NCBI GenBank assembly: GCA_964291235.2
Contig: OZ219816.1
Location: forward strand, 1,696,001 to 1,760,000
DNA: 64,000 nt
Reading direction: 5' to 3'
From: Vicinamibacteria bacterium
Lineage (GTDB): Bacteria; Acidobacteriota; Vicinamibacteria; Marinacidobacterales; Marinacidobacteraceae
Below the pieces are notes generated by a model that was given only the letters and a program-made list of their open reading frames with translations, searched no databases and was not told the origin of the DNA. Position numbers and translations under genes: made by a program. Of this stretch, positions 40,660-50,073 are shown one piece after another; position 1 is the first letter of the stretch; every line of letters begins with the position of its first letter.

Positions 40660-41970
40660 TCAGGCGGTCAGGACTCCGACAAGGCGCTCCAGAGCTTCCA
40701 CACAAAACGCGGAGGTCACGGCTTCGGAGCCGTGTCCGATCTGCCCGACGGCGCCCCATTTCAGCGTCTGGTCGCCGAACGCCAGAAACTCCGGCCAACT
40801 GCCGTCCTCGCGTTGTGAACTCAGGAGCCGCTCCACCTGGCGTTTCACGCCAATGCTCTTGAGGCTTCCGACGCCATCGAGCGCCGACACTGCCTGGGCG
40901 GTCTGAAGGATGTTGCCGAATTCCCCGTTCTCGTCGCGCAACGCCAGAATGCGGTCCGCGAGTATCGGCCGTAGTCGAGCCAGAGCAGGCCGCGCGCGAA
41001 CCATGGCGCGGACGGTCGCATAGTAGATCGCGACCGTGTCGGGATACCACTTGGATGAGCCCTCGACCTTGCCTTCGGTGATCAGAGCCTCCAGCCACCT
41101 TTGGGCGTCCCTGGTTTCGGGGCAGGCGCCAAGATAGGCGATGACATTCGCATTGACTACGGGATCCGCTTCTATCCGGAACGGCGAAACGACATCGGGT
41201 TCGTCCTCGGCCAGGACCCAGGTCAGGAAACGGCCCCGCTCATCGCGATTCGCCAGCAGTGCCGGAATGTTCCTCCCCAAGAGGATCCAGGGATGCGTCC
41301 CCAAGACCTGTGAGCAGAGGGTGGTGCTGTCGAGATCCTGGGGAAGGTGGCGGTAATACCGCCACAAACCGGGATACTCGATGGTGTTCGTAAGGTGCGC
41401 CCTGGTAGCGTCGCACATGGCCCTGGCCCGCGCTTCGTGGCAACTCTCCAGAGCCAGTACGCAAAGAGCCGAAATGAACGGCGGCCTTTCGAAGTGCCGT
41501 GGAATGTTGGGGTCGGCGACGTTGAACCGGATGCAGTGCCAAGCGCCATTTTCGTCGAGGGTGGATTCCAGAAACGCGAGACCGCGGCGGATGCTCTTCC
41601 GAGCCGATCGGGCGAGGGTTGCGGAAGTGGCGCCGCTCTTCCCGGCGCGCGGGCGCTCGGGGGTCGGCGGTCGAAGGGGCGGTGCGGGGTCGTAGAGCGT
41701 CTTCTTGAGAAACGCGAGTGATGCGGCGCCGGTCCGCGCCTCCTTTCGTTCGGACTGGCTGAGTGTGGCACGCGGCGGAAGCACCAGGTGGGTCGTGGAA
41801 TAGGTCTCTTCGTGCACGTGAATCTGGTGGCCTTCGGCCAGCTTCACGCCGAGTTCCTCTTCGATCGTGGCTTTGGGTTTCGCGAGCAGGCGTTCGCGAA
41901 AGTCGTTGTCCTCGCCGGCTCGCGATACGAGGGAGTCGGCGACGGCATTGAGTCCCTTCCTTGATGTCAC
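40660..41970 (-). CDS. NHLP leader-like domain fused to a prenyltransferase/squalene-cyclase-repeat (class II terpene cyclase-like) domain
   Basis: N-term RAGEDNDFRERLLAKPKATIEEELGV...IHVHEE...HLVLPP (NHLP); C-term RRGLAFL..DENGAW, LWRYY...PQDLDSTT, DPVVNANV, QREDGSWP, GSEAVTSAFCVEAL. Confidence 0.82.
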   Translation of the reverse strand: MTSRKGLNAVADSLVSRAGEDNDFRERLLAKPKATIEEELGVKLAEGHQIHVHEETYSTTHLVLPPRATLSQSERKEARTGAASLAFLKKTLYDPAPPLRPPTPERPRAGKSGATSATLARSARKSIRRGLAFLESTLDENGAWHCIRFNVADPNIPRHFERPPFISALCVLALESCHEARARAMCDATRAHLTNTIEYPGLWRYYRHLPQDLDSTTLCSQVLGTHPWILLGRNIPALLANRDERGRFLTWVLAEDEPDVVSPFRIEADPVVNANVIAYLGACPETRDAQRWLEALITEGKVEGSSKWYPDTVAIYYATVRAMVRARPALARLRPILADRILALRDENGEFGNILQTAQAVSALDGVGSLKSIGVKRQVERLLSSQREDGSWPEFLAFGDQTLKWGAVGQIGHGSEAVTSAFCVEALERLVGVLTA

Positions 41971-44906
41971 GCGATCTGCCTCCTGATCAATTCCTTGAAC
42001 ACGCCGTCGGTTTCCATGAGTTCGCTGAAGGATCCGCTCTGTACCACTTTGCCGGCCTGCAGGACATAGATGCGGTCCGCCTGTTCCAGCGTGGACAGGC
42101 GGTGGGCGATGACGAGGCGGGTGGAGGTCAGGGCGGCGAGGTTCTTCATTACCCTGGCCTGGTTTTCGTTGTCCAGCCAGTTGGTTGCCTCATCGAACAG
42201 CATGATCCGCGGACTGCCGATCACCGAGCGGGCGATCGTCACCCGCTGACTTTCGCCGCCCGACAGGACAGCCCCGCTGGTCCCCACCATGGTCATCAGG
42301 CCCATGGGCATTCCCTTGATTTCGCTTTCGACCTCGGCGGTGCGGACGGCCGTCCAGACCTCCTTGCTCGTCACTCCGTCGTGGTGGCTGACCAGGTTGT
42401 CCCACAGATCCAGGGGATGAAGCCGGACGGACTGCGGCACCGCGCCGACCTGCCGGCGCACCTGCTTCAGGTTCAAGTGCCTCAGGTCGCGCCCGTCGTA
42501 GTACACGGCGCCGGCACTCGGCCGGTCGACTCCGAGTGCGAGCCGGAACAGGGTGCTCTTGCCAGCGCCGGACTCCCCGGCGATCGCCACGAATTCGCCA
42601 GGACGGGCGCGAAGGGTGACATCGTCCAGAATCAAAGGGCCGTCGGGGTCGTAACGGAAGGAAACACGGTCGAAGAGAAGCTCGCCGCCCAGCGAGTCGA
42701 CCGGTTCTCCTTCGAGTTCGGTCTCGGGAACCGCGGCGAGCAGGGGGCGCATCTGATCGAACGCCGGGACCATGGAGGCAACGGCGCCGAAGGACTCGCC
42801 GAGCCGGGCGACTGCGGACTGGAAGGCGATGAAGACGGTGTAAACGACGAGAAAATCGCCAACCGGAACGTTCCGGTCGCCCACTGCCACGGCCAGGAGC
42901 AGTACCCCACCGGCAAGAAAGGGAAGTGCGGCGCCGAAGGCCCGCGAGTGCCCCTCGAGTGCGCCCAGTTCGAGTTCCGCGCGTTTCTGCTCGCGATAGT
43001 CCCGCGCCCAGATGGCGAAAGCCGATCCTTCGGCGTTTTCCACCCGCAGCTTGGTGATTCCGCCCACGATCTGGAACAGCCGGCCGGCTACGCGACGGGC
43101 CGCGCCGATCATCTGCCCATGAGGGGATACCTGGCGTAAACCGAGCGCCACGGTGATCAGGACCGAAGCCAGGCTGAAGATCAGGGCGACGGTCCCAAGG
43201 CCGGTGTCATAGAAGAAGATGACGGCCAACACCGGAAGCAGGAAAACGACCGACAGCAGGCTGTCGGCGACGACTCCCTGCAAGCCGTCGCGAAGACTCT
43301 GGAACGTCATTCCCGACATGGCCAGATCGCCGGCCGGACGGCGGCGGAGAACGCTGGGCGGAAGCCGCATGAGGCGGTCCCAGAAGGCGGCTTCGACCCG
43401 CGACGCCGAGCGTCCCTCGAGCCGCATCATCGCGGTGCTCTGCAGCAGGTGCAACAGTGCGCCGAGCAGGCCGAACGCGGCCACCGTCACGGCCACGGCA
43501 TAAAGCGCTGAGGTGCTTCCGCCGTCCGTCAGGTGGTGGGCAACGAATCCGAGCGCGAGGGCCGGCACCAGCTTGACCAGGCCGCCCGGAAGCCCGGCAA
43601 CCACCAGCCGCGCCAGGTCCGGGCCCGATCCATGGAGGGCCGTTCCGAGGAGCTCTGCCGGTTTCACGCTGCCGGGCGGCAAGGGCCGATAGAACATCCA
43701 GGCTTCCTCGCCCAGCGTGCGGGCGCGATCCGGCGTGATCCGGACACCGCGCTTGCTGACCGGGTCCACCTCCCGGTAGCGCCCGAAGATTCCCGGCAGG
43801 AGCGCTACGGGCCGGCCGTCCTCCGCGCGGAATGCCAGCAGCGCGTTGCTGTCGCCGTGCCACCAGTCGCCCTCGGCCTTGAACCGCACCCGCCGGGCGC
43901 GTACGCCGGACGCATCGAGCACGTCAACCAGGCCGACTCGAGCATCAGATGCACCCGAACGCGCCGGAATCCTGAAATCGATTCCTTCACGGCGGCCGAT
44001 GATCCGGAGGGCGTCCGCCAGAGCCGCGTCATCGACTCTCGCACCTCGATCGGTCGGAAGGTCGTAGATATTGAAGAGCCGCTGCCGCGCCGCCTTTGCG
44101 GCCCGGCGGCGGCTGGTGGTCCGTGCGCGTTCGAGATTGGCATCGTCAACCGTGGCGAGTCGGCGGTTGTGGCGCTCGAGGGCGAACGCGGCCGTGTGGA
44201 AGGAGGCGAGCGCCCGCGGCAGCATGCCGCGTTCCGCCAGGGTCTTTGTTGATTCGCCGGAAAGGGTGACCTTGTCGAACAGGCTGAGCCAGCTCGTTCG
44301 CGTCAGCGGTACCGGAGTCCGACTGGCGCCGCTCGTCCCGGCGAGTTCCGCCGGGTCCACGATCCCCATGAACAGGCTTGCGCCGCGCGGCGGTTCGGAT
44401 ACCCAGACCACCCCGCGCCGCACGGACAGCGTACAAGGGGCCAGGGTCTGGGTGACACCGGGTTCGGCCAGGGCGGTTGCACGCGGAAGGCGGCTTGCAA
44501 AACGCGAAAGCGTGTCCGTTATGGCGGTCAACCAGGTATCCGTCTGTTCCCCCAGTTCCGACGGATCGACCTCTGACAGCAATGACGCCGACAGGCGCTT
44601 CAGAATGGTGCCGGGCAATCCCTTGGCAATCAGGCTGAGCGTCGCGCCTTCGTCGCTCTCCCGTTCGTCCGGTGCGACACCCGGAAGCAGACAGCCCGAT
44701 TCGCGCCGCAACAGGTGCTGCGGCGCCGCTCGTTCCACCCGGTCCTTGAGTTCGACCAGAAACAGATTGACCGAACCCCGATCAATGAACCAGACAGTGT
44801 CTGGGTCATCGAGTTCCACCGGCAGGTTGCCGGCGCAGGGCACAGACGTCCCGGAGCGGGCCGCGAGTTCGGCCAACGATGTGTATCGCGGTCTCGTGTC
44901 GTGCAT
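41967..44906 (-). CDS. NHLP-type bacteriocin export ABC transporter permease/ATPase
   Basis: cNMP-like N-terminus, ASGVRARRV...WWHGDSNALLAF, AFWDRLMRLP, GESGAGKST, LSGGESQR, DEATN, IAHRLST; start ATG 44906 (TGATG overlap). Confidence 0.93.
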   Translation of the reverse strand: MHDTRPRYTSLAELAARSGTSVPCAGNLPVELDDPDTVWFIDRGSVNLFLVELKDRVERAAPQHLLRRESGCLLPGVAPDERESDEGATLSLIAKGLPGTILKRLSASLLSEVDPSELGEQTDTWLTAITDTLSRFASRLPRATALAEPGVTQTLAPCTLSVRRGVVWVSEPPRGASLFMGIVDPAELAGTSGASRTPVPLTRTSWLSLFDKVTLSGESTKTLAERGMLPRALASFHTAAFALERHNRRLATVDDANLERARTTSRRRAAKAARQRLFNIYDLPTDRGARVDDAALADALRIIGRREGIDFRIPARSGASDARVGLVDVLDASGVRARRVRFKAEGDWWHGDSNALLAFRAEDGRPVALLPGIFGRYREVDPVSKRGVRITPDRARTLGEEAWMFYRPLPPGSVKPAELLGTALHGSGPDLARLVVAGLPGGLVKLVPALALGFVAHHLTDGGSTSALYAVAVTVAAFGLLGALLHLLQSTAMMRLEGRSASRVEAAFWDRLMRLPPSVLRRRPAGDLAMSGMTFQSLRDGLQGVVADSLLSVVFLLPVLAVIFFYDTGLGTVALIFSLASVLITVALGLRQVSPHGQMIGAARRVAGRLFQIVGGITKLRVENAEGSAFAIWARDYREQKRAELELGALEGHSRAFGAALPFLAGGVLLLAVAVGDRNVPVGDFLVVYTVFIAFQSAVARLGESFGAVASMVPAFDQMRPLLAAVPETELEGEPVDSLGGELLFDRVSFRYDPDGPLILDDVTLRARPGEFVAIAGESGAGKSTLFRLALGVDRPSAGAVYYDGRDLRHLNLKQVRRQVGAVPQSVRLHPLDLWDNLVSHHDGVTSKEVWTAVRTAEVESEIKGMPMGLMTMVGTSGAVLSGGESQRVTIARSVIGSPRIMLFDEATNWLDNENQARVMKNLAALTSTRLVIAHRLSTLEQADRIYVLQAGKVVQSGSFSELMETDGVFKELIRRQIA

Positions 44907-47116
44907 CAGCCTGACCTGATCAGCTTGTAATACGACCCATCCCGGTCCGCCATCAGTTCGTCGTGCGTGCCGCGTTGCGCTTCCGCGCCCTTGTTGAGCA
45001 CGATGATCTCGTCGCAGTCCCGCACGGTGCTGAGCCGGTGCGCCACGATCAGGCAAGTGACGCCGCGTCGCCGCAAGGCGTCGTCCACGTATTCCTCGGT
45101 TGCTGCATCGAGGGCGCTCGTTGCCTCGTCCAGAACGAGCACTGTCGGATGGCCCACGAGCGCGCGGGCGATTTCGAGTCTTTGGCGCTGGCCGCCGCTG
45201 AAGTTCGCCCCGCCTTCTTCGACGATGGTCGAGTACCCGTCCGGTCTCACCAGGATTTCGTCATGGATCCATGCATCCCGGGTGGCGGCGAAGATGGCTT
45301 CATCCGGAATCGCCGGGTTCCAAAGGGTGATGTTGTCGCGTAGAGATGCGGAAAACAGCACGACATCCTGATCCACCATGGAGATGGACTGCTGGAGAAC
45401 TTCCTCGGGTATCTCGTCCCGCAAGTGGCCGTCGAACAGGATCTCGCCCGACCAGGGCTGATAGACACCGGAAACGAGCCGAGCCAGCGTCGACTTGCCA
45501 GAACCGCTGGGACCGACCACGGCAACCCGCTGGCCGGGCTTGAGTACCAGGTTGAAGTTCTCGATCAGCGGCGCCCGACTCTTGTTGAACCCGAAGGTGA
45601 TGTTCCGCAGTTCGAGGCGGCCGGTAAGCTGGAGCCGGCCGTTGAATGTGGGGATGGATTCTGATTCCGGGCTCCGCCGGCTGAAAACGGGATCTTCGGT
45701 GGCGGCGGATATGTCGTCCAGGCGTTGCAGATCCGTTTCGAGCGCCTGGCGTTTGTCGGCGAACTCCAGGAAACGGTCCACCGGCGCCAGGAACATTTCC
45801 GCGAGGACGAAGAACGCCACCAGCGTTCCCAGGGTCATTTCGCCATTCAGGACCAGGCTCCCTCCGATACCCAGGACCGCCGCACTGCGGACTGCGGCGA
45901 TGAGGCCCGGAAGCGCGGAACTAATGGAGCCCAGTTCGGAATAGAGCTGACGCGCATGGAGTTCGCGCGCCTGCTGGCCGCTCCAGCGCGAAAAGAACCG
46001 GTCATCCGATCCCGTCATGCGCAGGTTTTCCGCATGACTCAACATCTGCATGCCGACGCCGATCAGCAGCCCCTGTTCGCGCCGCATCGCCCGGCTGCGA
46101 ACGGCCTGGGGTCCGTTGACCAGGTGGGCCACCGCTCCGTGGAGAACCGCCAGGAGCACCACGACCAGGGCAAGCAGGGCATCGTAGGCCACCATGGCGA
46201 CGAGCAACACCACGCTCATCGCCATGTCGATGATGAGCACGAGGAACTGGTCGGTCAGGTTCTTCGCGATCCTGTCGATAGACGAGACCCGATCGGTCAG
46301 GTCGCCCACCAGCCGGTGCGCGAAGAACTCGACCGGCAACCGCAGCAGGCGTGTCACGCCCCGGTTGTATCCGGTCACCGAGATCCGGACTGCGAGCCGT
46401 TTCAGGAATCGGTGCTTGAGCAACGACAGTATGTAGACCAGGACGCCGCCGCCCAACAGGGCCACCACCACACCGATCCACGGCCCATGGTTCTCCAGGA
46501 CGTCGTCCACGAAAACACCGATCGTCGCCGGCACGATGAGCGCCAGCAAGGTCAACATGAGCGCGCAGGCGGTTACTCCGGCAAGCACGCTCCATGATCC
46601 GGCGAGCAACGAGCCCAACTCCGCGAAGAGGCTGCGCTGTTCGCCTCCCGTGCTGAAGTCGGCGCCACGTTTGAATCGCAGGGCGATTCCACTGAAGCCC
46701 TCGCAAAACTCCTCGACGGAAAGCTTGCGTCGCCCCGTGGAGGGGTCGTTGAGGTAGTAACTGGTGCCATCGAATCCTTCGAGGACCACGAAATGGCTGA
46801 ATTGCCAGAACAGAATCAGCGGTAGTTCCAGGTGTCTCAGTTGATCGGCGCGTACGCTGAGTCCTTTGCACTCGAGACCGTAGTGTCTGGAGGCGCGCCG
46901 GATGCTGGCGGCACTACTCCCGTCCCGACTCACCTCGCATCTTTCGCGCAGTTCGGTGAGTGGCACAAAGCGCCCGAAGTAGGCCAGGATGCTGCCGAGG
47001 CATGCGGCGCCACATTCCGACGCGTGCATCTGCAACACAATGGGCGTGGTGATCCTTCGCTTCGAGGACTCCGATGCGGCCCTGCCGCGAGTCCTTCCGG
47101 AAGCGCGTGGCGCCAT
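44906..47116 (-). CDS. NHLP-type peptidase-containing ABC transporter (C39 peptidase + TMD + NBD)
   Basis: VLQMHASECGAACL (catalytic Cys), HFVVLEG, LNDP; GPSGSGKST, FSGGQRQRLEIARAL, DEATSALD. Confidence 0.95.
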   Translation of the reverse strand: MAPRASGRTRGRAASESSKRRITTPIVLQMHASECGAACLGSILAYFGRFVPLTELRERCEVSRDGSSAASIRRASRHYGLECKGLSVRADQLRHLELPLILFWQFSHFVVLEGFDGTSYYLNDPSTGRRKLSVEEFCEGFSGIALRFKRGADFSTGGEQRSLFAELGSLLAGSWSVLAGVTACALMLTLLALIVPATIGVFVDDVLENHGPWIGVVVALLGGGVLVYILSLLKHRFLKRLAVRISVTGYNRGVTRLLRLPVEFFAHRLVGDLTDRVSSIDRIAKNLTDQFLVLIIDMAMSVVLLVAMVAYDALLALVVVLLAVLHGAVAHLVNGPQAVRSRAMRREQGLLIGVGMQMLSHAENLRMTGSDDRFFSRWSGQQARELHARQLYSELGSISSALPGLIAAVRSAAVLGIGGSLVLNGEMTLGTLVAFFVLAEMFLAPVDRFLEFADKRQALETDLQRLDDISAATEDPVFSRRSPESESIPTFNGRLQLTGRLELRNITFGFNKSRAPLIENFNLVLKPGQRVAVVGPSGSGKSTLARLVSGVYQPWSGEILFDGHLRDEIPEEVLQQSISMVDQDVVLFSASLRDNITLWNPAIPDEAIFAATRDAWIHDEILVRPDGYSTIVEEGGANFSGGQRQRLEIARALVGHPTVLVLDEATSALDAATEEYVDDALRRRGVTCLIVAHRLSTVRDCDEIIVLNKGAEAQRGTHDELMADRDGSYYKLIRSG

Positions 47117-47117
47117 C

Positions 47118-47660
47118 CTAGGATCGCCCCATCCGCAAGAGTTGGACGGGAGACTGCCTGCCCAGTTCGATGACAATCCGGCACTCCCGATCCGTCAGGG
47201 AAGCAAGGTCAACGCTTTCTTCGAGCGCGATGTCGACGCGATACACCGCGACTGCGGATCCGAACGCCGCCAGTCCCTCGGAAAGGGGTACGGCGGAAAT
47301 CGCCGTCACCTTTCCGTCCAGCGTATCTGCCCCATCTTCGGTGGTCAGCACCAGGACCGCCGGCATCCCGGACCTGATCTGCGGCGCGAGGTCGCGCTCG
47401 ACCTGGACAAGCGCCTGGACGGACGTGCTGCCCTCGGTCAGGATTCCGCCAGGGTCGGCCAGTACTCCGTTCACCGCCCGGCGGTGGGCCACGTCACCAA
47501 ATAAGAGCCACCCGGTGAGGGCGAACAACAAAAGACCAATCGCGGCGACGAGCAGCCGCTCCCGGGGTGTCGAAATCGTCAACAACCGGTCGAGTTGTTC
47601 GCGTTCTTCCTTTGCCTCCGCAACAGTGTTGTGAAATGAGCCAAATGGATTGTTGAACAC
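47118..47660 (-). CDS. Short NHLP-system secretion accessory protein (HlyD-like N-terminus)
   Basis: EQLDRLLTISTPRERL + TM + W..FG motif typical of NHLP HlyD proteins; C-terminal IELGRQSPVQLL; only ~180 aa; GTG start with GGAGG RBS. Confidence 0.75.
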   Translation of the reverse strand: MFNNPFGSFHNTVAEAKEEREQLDRLLTISTPRERLLVAAIGLLLFALTGWLLFGDVAHRRAVNGVLADPGGILTEGSTSVQALVQVERDLAPQIRSGMPAVLVLTTEDGADTLDGKVTAISAVPLSEGLAAFGSAVAVYRVDIALEESVDLASLTDRECRIVIELGRQSPVQLLRMGRS

Positions 47661-47700
47661 GACCGTGCATTGCCTCCGTTGAAGTGTTCCAGGACCGGCA

Positions 47701-48975
47701 CTAACGCCCAAGGCCCTCGGACATCTGGGCGTAACTGGTGAGCGGGACCGCGCACATCCGACTCAAGTCTGCCTGTTCGACGACGGGCTGGTTCAGTAGT
47801 TCGATCATTGCGTCGAACTTGTGGAGTGCGCCGCAACCAGTCACGTCGGGGTCCGCTGCCTTGCGGTATTGCGGCCATGCGGCGTCGCGGGCGTGGCGCC
47901 AGAACGCGCTGTCGTACCCGGAGCCACAGGAATAGTGCCAACCGACGAACAGGCCGTAGCAGAGCATGTTGCTGACAAGAAACCGATTGACGACAAGCGC
48001 ATCTTGCTCAAGGTTCTCTACCGGGCGGTTGAGACGAATCTGGAGCACCATCCCGATTTGAAACTGGGCGGATACGATTGCCGTTGCTTCGAGCGGCTCC
48101 ATGAACGCCGCTGCGTTGCCTATCCGGGCTACCGCGCCATCGTACATCTTGCGGTGGACAAAATTGGGAAACGAAATGACGGCGCGCTGCTCGAACTCCG
48201 TTACGCCGTCGGTCTGGAGGAACGCGTCGAAATCCGACTCGACGTCAGCGAGGCCGGATACCTCGCGGTTGAAGATGTACCCGTAGGACGTGTGTACGGT
48301 AAGAGGAATAACGAAGATCCAACCGTGTGGACGCGCAACCGCACGGGTATAGGTGTGCTCCAGAACGGGCACATCCTGCTCGGCGTTGACAACTGCCGGA
48401 CCGCGGCGGATAACGGCGGTATCGGTGGGGATGAAAGGAATGTGGATGTGCCGGTCGGGATCGAGTTCCCCAGGAAACCCGCGGGCATCGAAGACCAGGT
48501 CGTAACGTTCAGGCGCCCGATCCTCGAATTCCACGTGCGCCCCGCCGTCAACGCTGGAGATGTTGAGCACTTTCGCGTCGATGTGGCGTGCGCGCGTGTT
48601 TTCCTGCAGCAGCTCCGACATGACGTCGGCGGATAGATGGTAGGCGTAGGACACCTGTTGCGGGGTGAAGTGGTGGATGAAATCCCGACCGCGCCGACCC
48701 CATCCCTCGAATGCAACACCGTACTTGCGAGTACCTTTCAGACGTATCTGGACGGTCTCCTGGGGCAGATCCGTCAATTGCTGCAGATGCTGAACGAGGC
48801 TCGGCCAACTGCCTTCACCCACTCCGATGACCGGGATGCGCGAGTCATAGATGTGGTGTAGCTCGTGGTCTTTGTCGGGGTGGAGACGCGTTACGGTTGC
48901 GGCCGCCAAAGACCCTGCGGTTCCTCGCCCGACGACCGCGATCTTCCGGAGAGATTCGCTGCCTGCTTGTACCAC
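47701..48975 (-). CDS. srpI: Flavin-dependent tryptophan halogenase-like enzyme, SrpI-type peptidyl brominase
   Basis: GRGTAG FAD motif, IGVGEG, RKYGVAFEGW (catalytic Lys region), GWIFVIPL, GNAAAFMEPLEATAI; clustered with an LCCCW NHLP precursor as in described sponge srp clusters. Confidence 0.85.
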   Translation of the reverse strand: MVQAGSESLRKIAVVGRGTAGSLAAATVTRLHPDKDHELHHIYDSRIPVIGVGEGSWPSLVQHLQQLTDLPQETVQIRLKGTRKYGVAFEGWGRRGRDFIHHFTPQQVSYAYHLSADVMSELLQENTRARHIDAKVLNISSVDGGAHVEFEDRAPERYDLVFDARGFPGELDPDRHIHIPFIPTDTAVIRRGPAVVNAEQDVPVLEHTYTRAVARPHGWIFVIPLTVHTSYGYIFNREVSGLADVESDFDAFLQTDGVTEFEQRAVISFPNFVHRKMYDGAVARIGNAAAFMEPLEATAIVSAQFQIGMVLQIRLNRPVENLEQDALVVNRFLVSNMLCYGLFVGWHYSCGSGYDSAFWRHARDAAWPQYRKAADPDVTGCGALHKFDAMIELLNQPVVEQADLSRMCAVPLTSYAQMSEGLGR

Positions 48976-49121
48976 CCTATGTGACTTCCACAGATACCGG
49001 CCGATTATCCCTACTCCCAGGCTGGAACCCGCTCTTCCCGCGGGTCGCGGCGGCCGGGGGAGCCAGGCAACGCCCAGTCCGTCTGCCTCTCCATCCCTCC
49101 GCTTCCGATAGCGAATGCTGT

Positions 49122-49345
49122 ATATCGAGCACCAGAACCTAGGTTTACCTGACTGAGGAACAGCGCCGGCGGATTGACACCCTGACGGAGGCGGAGGGAA
49201 TCACCTTGGCCGAGGTCGTCCGCGGAGCGCTTGACGACTACTTCAAGCGGCAGTCCGCCGACGTGGAGGCGGCGCTTTCCGCGACCTTCGGAGCGGCGCC
49301 GGATGCATCGGTGCCCGGTCGGGAGGAGTGCGATCGTGGCGGACG
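49122..49345 (+). pseudogene. Decayed RHH/CopG-type antitoxin (vapB)
   Basis: (I)SSTRT*VYLTEEQRRRIDTLTEAEGITLAEVVRGALDDY...ALSATFGAAP; in-frame TAG at 49140-49142 and no ATG. Confidence 0.72.
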
Positions 49346-49465
49346 TGCTGGTGGACACCGACGTCTTCCTCGATCACCTGCGCGGAGCCCGGCCACTGCG
49401 GACGGAGGGCCGCCGGTTGCACTACTCCGTCATCACTCGCCCTGAGCTGTTCTCTGGAACTCGCG
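49336..49465 (+). pseudogene. N-terminal half of a VapC PIN toxin
   Basis: GTG start: MADVLVDTDVFLDHLRGARPL...YSVITRPELFSG, then loses similarity. Confidence 0.75.
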
Positions 49466-49625
49466 GGGTTCCGGAGGCTGAGGCCTTACCCAGCACTCGG
49501 ACAGAAGAAGTCCGCAAGAACAGCGACCCTAAGACCCCCGGTCAGAAGCCGGGGTCATTCCAAGCGCTGTGAGTGCGGTTCGGATCGCTCCGCATCTTCC
49601 CCGGCCAGTCGCCAGCTACCGAGGT

Positions 49626-49877
49626 TTACCAGCAGCAGCAAAGGCCAGCCGAAATCGCTTCGAGTTGCTCCTCAGTGATGTTCGGGTCCGGCGGCAACGC
49701 GAGATGCACCGTCTGCATGTCGCTCTCGTGGACCTTGATGGTCATCGAATCGGGAATCGAAATGCCCAATTCCCCACTAATCGCGGCCTTTGGGTCAGCG
49801 AGCAGTTGACGCCTGAAGTTCGCGTCCACCGCAGATTTCCCAACGACATGCTGCAACATCTCATTGCCGTTTCTCAT
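49626..49877 (-). CDS. srpE: NHLP-leader (proteusin) RiPP precursor, core LCCCW (SrpE-type)
   Basis: AAGGAGG RBS; DANFRRQLLADPKAAI...KVHESD..TVHLALPP...TEEQLEAISAG|LCCCW. Confidence 0.92.
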   Translation of the reverse strand: MRNGNEMLQHVVGKSAVDANFRRQLLADPKAAISGELGISIPDSMTIKVHESDMQTVHLALPPDPNITEEQLEAISAGLCCCW

Positions 49878-50073
49878 GGCAATTCCTCCTTGGTGATGGC
49901 TGGCTACCCGGCCAGCAATGCCACAGGACTGTAACGTGGACATTGGGCAGGGTCAAGTCATTGGGGTCCGAGATGTTGCGGTGTTGCGGTGTTTTGGTGT
50001 TGCGGTACTGGGGATTGGACCTTCCCCGGCTCCGGGCGAGCGGTGGCGCGCCTCGGAAATCGCGCGATGGCCG

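Noticed and set aside
49529-49553. Intrinsic terminator for the LCCCW precursor (GACCCCCGG...CCGGGGTC hairpin)
   Set aside because: The hairpin is present but lacks a convincing U-tract on either strand, so it is not called
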